A DNA stretch of 64,000 nucleotides from Bacteroidaceae bacterium (GTDB taxonomy: Bacteria > Bacteroidota > Bacteroidia > Bacteroidales > Bacteroidaceae), in assembly GCA_045534955.1 (NCBI GenBank), contig JAZSKR010000020.1:466013-530012 (forward strand), written 5' to 3'. Shown piece after piece: positions 28,219-38,173 of this stretch (positions are counted from its first letter, which is position 1; every line of letters begins with the position of its first letter). The notes beneath the pieces are model-generated. The model was not told where the DNA came from. It worked only from the letters and a program-made list of their open reading frames with translations, and made no database searches. Position numbers and translations under genes: made by a program.

Positions 28219-30279
28219 TTAGCAAACCTCGCTGCCCGGTTTTACGGGACGCTGAACGGTTGTTACGGCCAGTGTGCCGTCGGCGTCAAGGGCGCTCAGT
28301 ATCATACCCTGGCTCTCGCGGCCAAGTATCTTACGCGGAGCAAGGTTGGCTATGAAGCATACCTGCTTGCCTACCAGATCCTCAGGGTTGTAGTAGTTTG
28401 CAATGCCTGACAGTATGGTACGTCCGCCCAGACCGTCATCGATCTTAAACTGGAGTAGCTTGTCGGACTTGGGTACCTTGATGCACTCAAGTACAGTACC
28501 TACACGGATATCCAGTTTCTCAAACTCGGGGAACTGTATGTTCTCCTTGATGGGCTTGGCGGGCTGAGCGGCTGCTGCAGCCTTCTCATTCTCCTCCTTG
28601 CGCTTGAGCAACTTCTGTATCTGAGCCTCTATTGCATCATCCTCAATCTTCTCAAACAGGAGCTCCGGCTTACCCAGCTTGTGGCCGGCGGGCAGCAGGT
28701 CAATGGCACCCAGACGGTCCCACTGTGCACCCTCCAGACCAATCATGCCGCGCAGTTTCTCGCTTGAGAACGGCAGGAACGGCTCAAAGGCGATTGCCAG
28801 GTTGGCTACCAACTGCAGTGATATGTTAAGTATGGTCTCAACACGTTTCATGTCGGTCTTGGCCAGTTTCCAGGGCTCTGTATCGGCCAGGTACTTGTTA
28901 CCTATGCGGGCCAGGTTCATGGCTTCCTTCTGGGCCTCGCGGAACTTGAAGTTCTCCAGCAGGGACTCAAGCTGTCCCTTTACATCGGCAAACTCCTTAA
29001 GGGTGTCGCGGTCATAATCGGTCAGTTCTCCGCACTGGGGAACTACACCGTCAAAATACTTCTGTGTCAGAACCAGGGCGCGGTTCACGAAGTTACCGTA
29101 AATGGCTACCAGCTCGTTGTTGTTGCGTGCCTGGAAATCCTTCCATGTAAAGTTGTTGTCCTTGGTCTCGGGGGCGTTGGCGGTAAGCACGTAGCGCATT
29201 ACATCGGCCTTACCGGGGAAATCCTCCAGATACTCGTGTACCCATACGGCCCAGTTGCGTGATGTGGATATCTTGTCATCCTCCAGGTTAAGGAACTCGT
29301 TGCTGGGTACGTTGTCGGGCAGTATGAATGTGCCCTCGGCCTTAAGCATTGAAGGGAACACGATGCAGTGGAACACGATGTTGTCCTTACCGATAAAGTG
29401 GATAAGGCGTGTATCGGGATCCTTCCACCAGGTCTCCCAACTGCCGCGTTCGGGATGCTCGTCGCAGAACTCCTTGGTGTTGCTGATGTAACCGATGGGG
29501 GCATCGAACCATACGTAGAGCACCTTGCCCTCGGCTCCCTCAACGGGAACAGGAATACCCCAGTCAAGGTCACGACTCACGGCACGGGGCTGAAGACCCA
29601 TGTCAAGCCAACTCTTGCACTGACCGTATACGTTGGGACGCCACTCCTTGTGCTCCTCCAGAATCCATTTCTCGAGCCACTCCTGATACTGCTCCAGAGG
29701 CAGGTACCAGTGGGTTGTCTCCTTCATCACGGGCTTGCTGCCGCTAACGGTGCTTACCGGGTTGATGAGCTCTGTGGGAGAGAGTGATGTACCGCACTTC
29801 TCGCACTGGTCGCCGTAGGCGTGATCATAGTGGCAGTGAGGGCACTCACCGGTAATGTATCGGTCGGCCAGGAACATCTTAGCCTCCTCATCGTAGTACT
29901 GCTCGCTGGTCTTCTGGATGAACTTGCCGGTATCATAAAGTTTGCGGAAAAAGTCCGATGCAACCTTATGGTGAGTGGGGGAACTGGTACGTCCGTAGAT
30001 ATCGTACGATATACCCATACCCTTGAAAGTCTCCTTCATCTGATAGTGGTAACGGTCAATGATCTCCTTGGGGGTTACGCCCTCTTTCTTGGCGCGTATG
30101 GTGATGGGCACTCCGTGCTCATCGCTGCCTCCAATGAACATCACGTCCACCTTCTTGAGACGTTGGTAACGGACATAAATATCGGCCGGAACGTATGCGC
30201 CTGCCAGATGGCCTATGTGAAGCGGGCCGTTGGCGTAGGGTAGGGCCGATGTAACCAGAATCCTCTTGTAATCTTTCAT
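28219..30279 (-). CDS. metG: Methionine--tRNA ligase (with C-terminal tRNA-binding domain)
   Basis: 686 aa. HIGH motif (PLHIGHLAG), KMSKS-like KISTSR, a Zn knuckle CPHC...CEKCG and a C-terminal EMAP/Trbp111-like domain. Confidence 0.95.
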   Translation of the reverse strand: MKDYKRILVTSALPYANGPLHIGHLAGAYVPADIYVRYQRLKKVDVMFIGGSDEHGVPITIRAKKEGVTPKEIIDRYHYQMKETFKGMGISYDIYGRTSSPTHHKVASDFFRKLYDTGKFIQKTSEQYYDEEAKMFLADRYITGECPHCHYDHAYGDQCEKCGTSLSPTELINPVSTVSGSKPVMKETTHWYLPLEQYQEWLEKWILEEHKEWRPNVYGQCKSWLDMGLQPRAVSRDLDWGIPVPVEGAEGKVLYVWFDAPIGYISNTKEFCDEHPERGSWETWWKDPDTRLIHFIGKDNIVFHCIVFPSMLKAEGTFILPDNVPSNEFLNLEDDKISTSRNWAVWVHEYLEDFPGKADVMRYVLTANAPETKDNNFTWKDFQARNNNELVAIYGNFVNRALVLTQKYFDGVVPQCGELTDYDRDTLKEFADVKGQLESLLENFKFREAQKEAMNLARIGNKYLADTEPWKLAKTDMKRVETILNISLQLVANLAIAFEPFLPFSSEKLRGMIGLEGAQWDRLGAIDLLPAGHKLGKPELLFEKIEDDAIEAQIQKLLKRKEENEKAAAAAQPAKPIKENIQFPEFEKLDIRVGTVLECIKVPKSDKLLQFKIDDGLGGRTILSGIANYYNPEDLVGKQVCFIANLAPRKILGRESQGMILSALDADGTLAVTTVQRPVKPGSEVC

Positions 30280-30325
30280 ATTGTATCTAAGTTGTTTTCA
30301 GGCTGCAAAATTACTATATTTTTAT

Positions 30326-31864
30326 TTATTTACCCCATGATGCGCGGTCAAGACTGCGATATCCTATGGCTTCGGCTATATGATGAGGCCGGATTGTTTC
30401 CGAATCATCCATATCGGCAATGGTCCGGGCCACCTTGAGGATACGGTCATAGGCGCGGGCCGACAGGTTGAGACGGTTCATAGCCTCGCCCAGCATGCGT
30501 ATGGCAGCCGGCTCAGCCTTGGCGTACCGGTGGAGCAGACGCGAATCCATCTGGGCATTGCAATAAACGCCCTTTTCATCGCTGAATCTGGAAGCCTGTA
30601 CCGCCCTTGCCCTGATAACCCGTTCCCTTATGGAATCACTTGTTTCACCCTTCCGGTCCGATGACATATCGTCAAAACCTACCGGAAGGATCTCACATTG
30701 CAGGTCAAAACGGTCCATCAGCGGTCCGGACACCTTGCCCAGATAGCGCTCTATGGTGGTTGGAGTACAGTGGCACTCCTTGGTGGGATGGTTGTAATAG
30801 CCGCACGGACAGGGATTCATGGATGCCAAAAGCATAAAAGATGCAGGATATTCAACCCTGTACTTGGCACGTGATATGACTATGGTCCTGTCCTCAAGCG
30901 GTTGACGCAATACCTCCAGTGCCGAGCGGGTGAATTCGGGCAGTTCATCCAGAAAAAGCACTCCGTTATGGGCCAGAGAAATCTCACCCGGCTGCGCATT
31001 TGCACCACCGCCGGTGAGCGCCACGTTAGATATTGTATGATGAGGATGGCGGAACGGACGTTGTGTAATTAGAGACGCCCCGTTACCAGTGAACCCCGCC
31101 ACCGAGTGTATCCGCGTTGTCTCTATACTCTCCTCTTTGGTGAGAGGCGGCAGGATTGAAGGAAGTGCCCGTGCCATCATCGACTTTCCGCTTCCGGGCG
31201 GGCCTATCATTATCAGATTGTGGCCGCCACAGGCCGCAACCTCAAGCGCTCTCTTTACGCTGCTCTGCCCTTTTACATCCTGAAAGTCAAAGACCTTGCA
31301 TTCCTGGCCCATGTCACCCAGACAGTCGTTCCTTTCCAGAGGAAGTATATGGCCGTTGCTTTGATTCAGCAGGTCTACCACTTCACGCAGGTTGTGTGCC
31401 GCATAGACTTCCAGACCGTCTATGACGGTTGCTTCGGGTGCGTTCTGGTACGGAAGGATGATGCCTTTGAATCCTTCTGCCCGTGCCTTGATAGCCATGG
31501 ATAGTGCTCCCTTGACCGGCTGCAGCGAGCCGTCCAGTCCCATCTCGCCCATGATGACATAGTCGTCAAGATTGGAGATGTCAAGTTCTCCTCCGGCAGC
31601 CAGTATAACAATAGCCAGAGGCAAGTCATAGGCGGATCCCTCCTTGCGGATATCGGCAGGAGCCATGTTGATTATGATCTGACTTGAGGGAAACTTGTAG
31701 CCGTTTACATGGAAAGCCGATATGATTCGTTCGTGGCTCTCCTTGACTGCGCTGTCAGGCAGTCCTACAAGAAAGAATCTGATACCGCGCGATGTGCTCG
31801 CCTCGATGGTCACGATGTATGCGTCTATCCCTTGGACAGCCGCACCTGATACTTTGATTAACAT
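30326..31864 (-). CDS. YifB/ComM-family Mg-chelatase-like AAA+ ATPase
   Basis: 512 aa. Lon-like N-domain, Walker A GPPGSGKS, and LFLDELPEF. Confidence 0.9.
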   Translation of the reverse strand: MLIKVSGAAVQGIDAYIVTIEASTSRGIRFFLVGLPDSAVKESHERIISAFHVNGYKFPSSQIIINMAPADIRKEGSAYDLPLAIVILAAGGELDISNLDDYVIMGEMGLDGSLQPVKGALSMAIKARAEGFKGIILPYQNAPEATVIDGLEVYAAHNLREVVDLLNQSNGHILPLERNDCLGDMGQECKVFDFQDVKGQSSVKRALEVAACGGHNLIMIGPPGSGKSMMARALPSILPPLTKEESIETTRIHSVAGFTGNGASLITQRPFRHPHHTISNVALTGGGANAQPGEISLAHNGVLFLDELPEFTRSALEVLRQPLEDRTIVISRAKYRVEYPASFMLLASMNPCPCGYYNHPTKECHCTPTTIERYLGKVSGPLMDRFDLQCEILPVGFDDMSSDRKGETSDSIRERVIRARAVQASRFSDEKGVYCNAQMDSRLLHRYAKAEPAAIRMLGEAMNRLNLSARAYDRILKVARTIADMDDSETIRPHHIAEAIGYRSLDRASWGK

Positions 31865-31922
31865 GGTAATAATTGATGGTTAATATTAGATATTGCATAA
31901 CAGGGATCAAAGGATTGAGATT

Positions 31923-32996
31923 TTATTTTGGTGCTCTTAGTTGTCTGTCTGCTGTCCTGCTCTGTCTTGACTCCTTGTCCGGAGCCTTGGGCAGGGTCTT
32001 GTCCAGTTCTTTGTCAAGTGCATCTATTGCATCAGTCTTGTAAATCATTCGCTTAACACCGGTAAACAGCACGAAAGCCGGAGCGCTCTGCAGGTTGGTG
32101 CTTCTTACTATACGGCTTTCCCATCCTGCCGGATCATTGTATGAGAACCAGGTAACGGTATCGGGTTGTATGGTTCTTTTCCACCTGTCCACGTTTACAT
32201 CGATGGATATGTCGGTAACATTGAAATAACGTCCCCTGTATTTGTCCAGGAAATACTGCAACGTATCCCTGGCGTCCAGTCCGGCCTGTCCCATCCATGA
32301 AGCCCATACGCACACCAGGGTGTAATTGGTTGAGCCGCCCATCTCCTGGAAACTGTGTTTGTAACCGGCCGAATCCCATACCGAATAGTTGTCCAGATAG
32401 AGATTGCCCGGAATGGCTTTGCTGAATTCCGATTTGAGTGAAACCAGATATGGTGCATCCTGCATATTGCCGCTCATGCGCTTTATCAGCGGTTCGATGT
32501 ATATTTCGCGGGCATGGTACTGACGGACCATCCTGTCATATATAAGGAAAGGAGTAACCTCCGAGAACGGGTCTCTTGTGATAAAGGAATCTATCCTGGC
32601 TCTGGTCTGCTCCATCGATGTGTCCCGCAGCGAAGCCATGTAGAAAGACTGGTATGAATCATTGCAGTACCCGCCGGAAACATTGAACAGTCCCGAATCG
32701 GCGGGTATCGTTATGAATGATTCCACTCCTTTCTCGGCAAATACCGGATGATAGCGTCCGTCGGGCAATACCAGAATCAGAGTGGTTACGGTGTCGGGCA
32801 GATATTTCCAAGTAAAACGGCCGTTGTGGCAGAATATGGTGTCCACATTCTCAAAACGGGAATCGATACCGACCACAATAATGGTATCGGTACCTTCGGG
32901 AACGGTTCCCTGCAACACGAACTTACTCTTGTTGCCGCAAGCGGCTGACAAGAGCAGTACAAAGAGTGCTATCAGTGCAGAAAACCTCGATTTCAT
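31923..32996 (-). CDS. Lipoprotein with DUF4369-like N-domain and thioredoxin-fold (TlpA-like) C-domain lacking the CxxC site
   Basis: Lipobox LLLSAAC. The TlpA-like motif position reads VWASWMGQA (nt 32283-32306) instead of WASWCxPC. Confidence 0.45.
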   Translation of the reverse strand: MKSRFSALIALFVLLLSAACGNKSKFVLQGTVPEGTDTIIVVGIDSRFENVDTIFCHNGRFTWKYLPDTVTTLILVLPDGRYHPVFAEKGVESFITIPADSGLFNVSGGYCNDSYQSFYMASLRDTSMEQTRARIDSFITRDPFSEVTPFLIYDRMVRQYHAREIYIEPLIKRMSGNMQDAPYLVSLKSEFSKAIPGNLYLDNYSVWDSAGYKHSFQEMGGSTNYTLVCVWASWMGQAGLDARDTLQYFLDKYRGRYFNVTDISIDVNVDRWKRTIQPDTVTWFSYNDPAGWESRIVRSTNLQSAPAFVLFTGVKRMIYKTDAIDALDKELDKTLPKAPDKESRQSRTADRQLRAPK

Positions 32997-33009
32997 CGGG
33001 CTTTATCTG

Positions 33010-34803
33010 TTATTTGGCGGCGCGCTTGCGCTCCAATTCGTTCAGTATAACCTTACGCATACGCATGCTCTTGGGAGTGACCTCAACGTACTCATCGTTC
33101 TTGATGTACTCCAGAGCCTCCTCGAGTGAGAATACAACGGGAGGTGCAATGTGGGCCTTCTCATCGGCACCGCTGGCACGCATGTTGGTAAGCTGCTTGC
33201 TCTTGGTTACGTTGATTACCAGATCCTTCTCGTGTACGTGCTCACCTACCACCTGACCGGCGTAAACCTGATCCTGCGGGTTGACAAAGAACTTGCCGCG
33301 GTCCTGCAGTTTGTCAAGTGCATAGGCAAATACGGTACCGGTCTCCATGGCAACCATTGATCCGTTGGTGCGGCGCTCAATGTCACCCTTGTAGGGCTGA
33401 TACTCCTTGAATCGGTGTGCCATCACGGCCTCACCCTGAGATGCGGTAAGAACATTGGTACGGAGGCCGATGATACCGCGTGAGGGGATATCGAACACAA
33501 TGACCACGCGGTCACCCTGGGTGTCCATCGATGTCATCTCACCCTTGCGCTTGGTGGCCAGGTCAATCATCTTGCTGGCAAACTCCTCAGGTACGCTTAT
33601 GGTGAGTTCCTCGATAGGCTCGCAGGTGCGGCCGTCAATCTCCTTCATGATTACCTGGGGCTGACCCACCTGGAGTTCATAGCCCTCACGGCGCATGGTT
33701 TCGATAAGTATAGAAAGGTGTAGCACACCACGGCCCGATACAATCCACTTGCCATCCTCCTCTGTGCGGCGTACGCGCAGAGCCAGGTTCTTGTCAAGTT
33801 CCAGGTTCAGACGGTCCTGAATGTGACGTGATGTAACGTACTTACCCTCCTTGCCAAAGAAAGGTGAGTCGTTTATAGAAAAGAGCATACTCATGGTAGG
33901 CTCATCAATTGCAATAGGAGGCAGGGGATCGGGGTTCTCTGCGTCGCAGATGGTATCACCTATCTCAAACTTGTCAAGACCTACAATGGCGCATATGTCG
34001 CCGGCCTCAACGGTGGGAACACGCTTGCGGCCCATTCCCTCAAATGTATGGAGTTCCTTTATCTTTACCTTCTCCTTGCTGCCGTCACGGTGAGCCAGTG
34101 TGCATGTCATACCCTCGTTCAGGGTGCCGCGGTTAACTCGGCCCACTGCGATACGTCCGGTGTATGATGAGTAGTCAAGTGAAGTGATAAGCATCTGCAG
34201 GGTGCCTTCCTCCTGCTTGGGAGCGGGGATATGCTCTATGATGGCATCCAGCAGAGGCAGTATGTTGTCGGTGGGCTGTTTCCAGTCGGTGCTCATCCAG
34301 TTCTGCTTGGCTGATCCGTACAGGACGGGGAAATCCAGCTGGTCCTCAGTTGCATCCAGAGCGAACATCAGGTCAAACACCATCTCGTAAACCTCTTCGG
34401 GGCGGCAGTTGGGCTTATCGACCTTATTTACTACTACTATAGGCTTAAGACCTATCTGCAGGGCTTTCTGCAGTACAAAGCGGGTCTGAGGCATCGGGCC
34501 TTCAAAGGCGTCAACCAGAAGGATGCAGCCGTCGGCCATGTTGAGCACGCGCTCCACCTCACCTCCAAAATCGGAGTGTCCCGGAGTGTCGATAATGTTA
34601 ATCTTGGTATCCTTATATGTAATAGATACGTTCTTGGACAGGATGGTTATGCCGCGCTCGCGCTCCAGGTCATTGTTGTCGAGCATAAGTTCTCCTTTGG
34701 CCTGATTGTCGCGGAACAGGTGTCCGGCCAGCATCATCTTGTCAACCAGTGTTGTCTTACCATGATCTACATGCGCAATAATAGCGATGTTCCTTATATT
34801 CAT
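33010..34803 (-). CDS. typA: Translational GTPase TypA/BipA
   Basis: [16 protein letters not shown]1 motif, DTPGHSDF and NKVDK. About 597 aa from the ATG at 34803. Confidence 0.95.
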   Translation of the reverse strand: MNIRNIAIIAHVDHGKTTLVDKMMLAGHLFRDNQAKGELMLDNNDLERERGITILSKNVSITYKDTKINIIDTPGHSDFGGEVERVLNMADGCILLVDAFEGPMPQTRFVLQKALQIGLKPIVVVNKVDKPNCRPEEVYEMVFDLMFALDATEDQLDFPVLYGSAKQNWMSTDWKQPTDNILPLLDAIIEHIPAPKQEEGTLQMLITSLDYSSYTGRIAVGRVNRGTLNEGMTCTLAHRDGSKEKVKIKELHTFEGMGRKRVPTVEAGDICAIVGLDKFEIGDTICDAENPDPLPPIAIDEPTMSMLFSINDSPFFGKEGKYVTSRHIQDRLNLELDKNLALRVRRTEEDGKWIVSGRGVLHLSILIETMRREGYELQVGQPQVIMKEIDGRTCEPIEELTISVPEEFASKMIDLATKRKGEMTSMDTQGDRVVIVFDIPSRGIIGLRTNVLTASQGEAVMAHRFKEYQPYKGDIERRTNGSMVAMETGTVFAYALDKLQDRGKFFVNPQDQVYAGQVVGEHVHEKDLVINVTKSKQLTNMRASGADEKAHIAPPVVFSLEEALEYIKNDEYVEVTPKSMRMRKVILNELERKRAAK

Positions 34804-34880
34804 ATCTTTCCTTTTGTTTATCGGCTGCAAAGTTACGGCAAAAATGTCAGATTTTTCATTGTGTATTGAAAAAGAAGCTC

Positions 34881-34888
34881 TATCTTTG
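34881..34888 (+). promoter_or_regulatory. -7 box (TATCTTTG) for rpsO
   Basis: Matches TAnnTTTG, 38 nt upstream of the ATG at 34926. Confidence 0.45.
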
Positions 34889-34925
34889 CGCCCGCTAAAC
34901 GAGTTTTCACATTATTTTTAAGAAA

Positions 34926-35195
34926 ATGTATTTAGACAAAGAGAAAAAACAAGAGATCTTTGGACAATACGGAAAGTCCAACACGGATACTGGCTCACCC
35001 GAAGCCCAGATAGCCTTGTTCTCATACCGTATTTCCCATTTGACGGAACATCTTAAGGAGAACCGTAAGGATTATAGCACTGAAAGGGCACTGACCCAGC
35101 TGGTAGGTAAGCGTCGCAGACTGCTCAACTACCTCAAGGAGAGAGACATCGAGCGCTACCGCGCCATCGTTAAGGCTCTCGGTCTGCGTAAGTAA
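34926..35195 (+). CDS. rpsO: 30S ribosomal protein S15
   Basis: 89 aa. The [27 protein letters not shown]...[12 protein letters not shown] sequence is S15. Confidence 0.95.
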   Translation: MYLDKEKKQEIFGQYGKSNTDTGSPEAQIALFSYRISHLTEHLKENRKDYSTERALTQLVGKRRRLLNYLKERDIERYRAIVKALGLRK

Positions 35196-35210
35196 GGCTA
35201 GAACATGAAA

Positions 35211-35247
35211 AAGAGAGGGATCGCCAAAATGCGACCCCTCTTTTTTT
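35211..35247 (+). terminator. Intrinsic terminator of rpsO
   Basis: GAGAGGGATCGC-caaaat-GCGACCCCTC followed by T7 (one internal mismatch). Confidence 0.6.
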
Positions 35248-35270
35248 ATCCCCGGCCGTGCCACTTTTCT

Positions 35271-35405
35271 GGCCATACTTGTTACCAGATGGCCTGTAGA
35301 GCCGATATTCCGCAAGTATGGCATTAAAAACAGCGTTTTTGGCCATTTTCTTGGCCATACTTGTAGCCAGGCGGCTTGGGGAGCCATTATTGTGCAAGTT
35401 TGGCA
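35271..35405 (+). repeat. Structured intergenic repeat, copy D
   Basis: 10-mers at 35272, 35313, 35354 and 35395 (CAAGTTTGGC) are 41 bp apart. The left arm and the centre resemble copy A; the right arm is diverged. Confidence 0.8.
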
Positions 35406-35434
35406 TTATCATTGCATAGATGGTGGTAAAAGTT

Positions 35435-35442
35435 TACCTTTG
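35435..35442 (+). promoter_or_regulatory. -7 box (TACCTTTG) for ahcY
   Basis: Matches TAnnTTTG, 26 nt upstream of the ATG at 35468. Confidence 0.4.
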
Positions 35443-35467
35443 CATACAGAAAATAGTTGATTTACAG

Positions 35468-36886
35468 ATGGAAGAATTGTACACTACGCTGCCATACAAG
35501 GTAGCTGATATCTCGCTGGCTGATTTTGGCCGTAAGGAGATTGAGATGGCCGAGAAGGAGATGCCGGGTCTGATGGCTCTCCGTGACAAGTACCGTGATT
35601 CAAAACCTCTCAAGGGCGCCCGCATAATGGGTTCCCTGCACATGACCATCCAGACAGCAGTCCTCATAGAAACTCTGCATGAACTGGGTGCCGATATCCG
35701 CTGGTGCTCATGCAACATATATTCCACTCAGGATCATGCCGCCGCAGCCATTGCAGCCGCCGGCAGCGCAGCAGTCTTTGCCTGGAAGGGTGAGACAGCA
35801 CAGGAATACTGGTGGTGCACTCTGCAGGCCATGAATTTCCCGGAGGGAGGTCCCAACATGATAGTCGATGACGGCGGTGACGCCACACTGATGATACATC
35901 TGGGTGTAAAGGGTGAGAAAGACCCAAAGGCTCTGGATTATGAGGCCGGATCGGCCGATGAACGCGAACTCTTGGCCGCACTCAAGGAGGTTGCCAAGGT
36001 AAAGGGCAACACCTACTGGCAGAATATGGCCAGGAACATAAAGGGTGTGAGCGAGGAGACCACCACCGGTGTACACCGTCTGTACCGTATGCAGCAGAAC
36101 GGCGAACTCCTGTTCCCCGCATTCAATGTGAATGACTCGGTAACCAAGAGCAAGTTTGACAACCTGTACGGCTGCCGCGAGTCACTGGCCGACGGTATCA
36201 AGCGTGCCACCGATGTCATGATAGCAGGTAAGGTCTGCGTGGTAGCCGGTTACGGTGAGGTAGGTAAGGGCTGCGCCCAGAGCATGCGCTCATACGGAGC
36301 CCGCGTACTGGTAACCGAGATTGACCCCATCTGTGCTCTGCAGGCCGCCATGGAAGGCTATGAGGTAGTTACCATGGAAGAGGCCGCACCGCTTGGCAAC
36401 ATATTTGTAACCACAACGGGTAACATAGACGTCATCACCACCGATCACCTCAAGGTCATGCCCGATCAGGCCATCGTCTGCAACATCGGCCACTTTGACA
36501 GCGAGATCCAGGTGGACAAACTCAAGAAGATACCCGGCATAAAGTGCCAGAACGTAAAGCCTCAGGTGGACCGTTACTTCTTCCCCGACGGTCACAGCAT
36601 CATCCTTCTGGCCGATGGCCGACTGGTTAACCTGGGTTGCGCAACAGGACACCCCAGTTTTGTGATGAGTAACAGTTTCACCAACCAGACCCTGGCTCAG
36701 ATAGAACTCTTCAACAAGCAGTATCCCGTTGACGTATACCGTCTGCCCAAGCACTTGGATGAGGAGGTGGCACGCCTGCACCTGGAGCGCATCGGTGTAC
36801 ATCTTTCAAAACTTTCTCAGGCTCAGGCTGACTATATCGGCGTTTCTGTGGAGGGTCCTTATAAGGCTGAACATTACAGATATTGA
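35468..36886 (+). CDS. ahcY: Adenosylhomocysteinase
   Basis: [28 protein letters not shown]-terminus and the NAD-binding [12 protein letters not shown] motif. About 472 aa from the ATG at 35468. Confidence 0.95.
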   Translation: MEELYTTLPYKVADISLADFGRKEIEMAEKEMPGLMALRDKYRDSKPLKGARIMGSLHMTIQTAVLIETLHELGADIRWCSCNIYSTQDHAAAAIAAAGSAAVFAWKGETAQEYWWCTLQAMNFPEGGPNMIVDDGGDATLMIHLGVKGEKDPKALDYEAGSADERELLAALKEVAKVKGNTYWQNMARNIKGVSEETTTGVHRLYRMQQNGELLFPAFNVNDSVTKSKFDNLYGCRESLADGIKRATDVMIAGKVCVVAGYGEVGKGCAQSMRSYGARVLVTEIDPICALQAAMEGYEVVTMEEAAPLGNIFVTTTGNIDVITTDHLKVMPDQAIVCNIGHFDSEIQVDKLKKIPGIKCQNVKPQVDRYFFPDGHSIILLADGRLVNLGCATGHPSFVMSNSFTNQTLAQIELFNKQYPVDVYRLPKHLDEEVARLHLERIGVHLSKLSQAQADYIGVSVEGPYKAEHYRY

Positions 36887-37473
36887 TGGAGAGAAAGACT
36901 ATTGTGGTATATGGAGCATCGAGCGCGGAGGCAGAGAAGGTGTTCGTGGATGCTGCTTATGAGTTGGGCGGGCTTATTGCCAAAGCCGGCAAGAGGCTTG
37001 TGTCTGGTGCGGGAAGCACCGGACTGATGGCTGCGGTCGAGGACGGCGCACTTGATGCCGGTGGTGTATCCATAGGCATAATACCCCAGTTCATGGTCGA
37101 CAACGGATGGCTTCATGAGGGCTTGACCGAGACCATCATCACTCCCAATATGCATGAACGCAAGAACCGCATGGCACAGATGGCAGATGCCGTGATTGCG
37201 TTGCCCGGCGGAACCGGAACCTTTGAGGAACTGTTTGAAATCATAACCTGGAAGATGCTGGGCCTTTTTGTAAAACCCGTCATCATTCTCAATACGGACC
37301 ATTACTATGACCCGCTGCTGGAGATGCTTGACCGCACGGCTGAGCGTCATTTCATGAATCCCGTATTCACGAAACTGTGGACTGTGGCCGATACTCCCAC
37401 GCAGGCTATGAATCTTATTGATTCGCTTCCTGACTGGAATGACACAACAAGCAAAATCAACACTGACAGATGA
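36886..37473 (+). CDS. LOG-family (TIGR00730-type) nucleotide phosphoribohydrolase
   Basis: GGGSTGLM-like SGAGSTGLM and PGGTGTFEEL motifs. ATGA overlap with the ahcY stop. Confidence 0.8.
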   Translation: MERKTIVVYGASSAEAEKVFVDAAYELGGLIAKAGKRLVSGAGSTGLMAAVEDGALDAGGVSIGIIPQFMVDNGWLHEGLTETIITPNMHERKNRMAQMADAVIALPGGTGTFEELFEIITWKMLGLFVKPVIILNTDHYYDPLLEMLDRTAERHFMNPVFTKLWTVADTPTQAMNLIDSLPDWNDTTSKINTDR

Positions 37474-38162
37474 TGTCCGTTCCTGTTATCAGCCTTACTA
37501 ATCCTTTCCTAGTCAATGACTGGTTCCTGTCAGTGGTTATCCTGATCCTGCTGCTCATGATAATTATCATGGGTCCCTACAGATATGAATACATTGATTC
37601 ATTCTCATCAATGTTGAGGTTCAGGAATCCTGACGGTGACGTAAGCTACCCTTTGCTTTCCACCGTTGAGAATATCATTGTTTTTATCCTTTCTTGCGTC
37701 ATTTTGGGAATAGCGGTTGCCGTCTATTCGCAAGACCTGATGGAGGATGGTTCCCGCCCGGTACTATTCCTGTTATGGTATTCTTTATTTGCAACATCTG
37801 CATTTGTCCTGAAACTGCTGCTTTATACCGCGGCCAACAAGATTCTCTATAAAAGACAGATAATCACCCTTAAACCGGGCCGTTGGAACTGTTTTTTCGT
37901 GATGTCTTTATCGGTGGCCGGTTTCCTGATTCTCGTCTTTTCCATCCTTGTTTTATTCCTGAATCTGCCTCATGTTTTACTGCTGGTTTTTGTATATATG
38001 ATGCGCATTTTGGTCATATCGGGCAGAATTTTCAAGATAAAAACTACCTTATTTAAGAATAAGCGTTCCAATTCGGGATTTATTTTGTACCTTTGTGCGT
38101 TCGAAATAGCACCTGTTCTGCTTGAGTTCGTGCTATTGAGAAATATATTTGGTCTAATTTAA
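37470..38162 (+). CDS. DUF4271-like polytopic membrane protein
   Basis: 230 aa with about 6 TM segments. It lies directly upstream of hemD, as is common in Bacteroidota. Confidence 0.55.
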   Translation: MMSVPVISLTNPFLVNDWFLSVVILILLLMIIIMGPYRYEYIDSFSSMLRFRNPDGDVSYPLLSTVENIIVFILSCVILGIAVAVYSQDLMEDGSRPVLFLLWYSLFATSAFVLKLLLYTAANKILYKRQIITLKPGRWNCFFVMSLSVAGFLILVFSILVLFLNLPHVLLLVFVYMMRILVISGRIFKIKTTLFKNKRSNSGFILYLCAFEIAPVLLEFVLLRNIFGLI

Positions 38163-38173
38163 ACCGTACAGCC

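Noticed and set aside
11399-35405. Possibility that the repeated elements form a CRISPR array
   Set aside because: The copies are 3-17 kb apart and separated by whole genes. The repeat unit is internally palindromic and 140-175 bp long. There are no short regularly spaced spacers and no cas genes.
35196-35467. SAH or other riboswitch in the 272-nt gap upstream of ahcY
   Set aside because: The gap is filled by the rpsO terminator and repeat copy D. The predicted -7 box leaves a leader of only about 20 nt, which is too short for a riboswitch aptamer.
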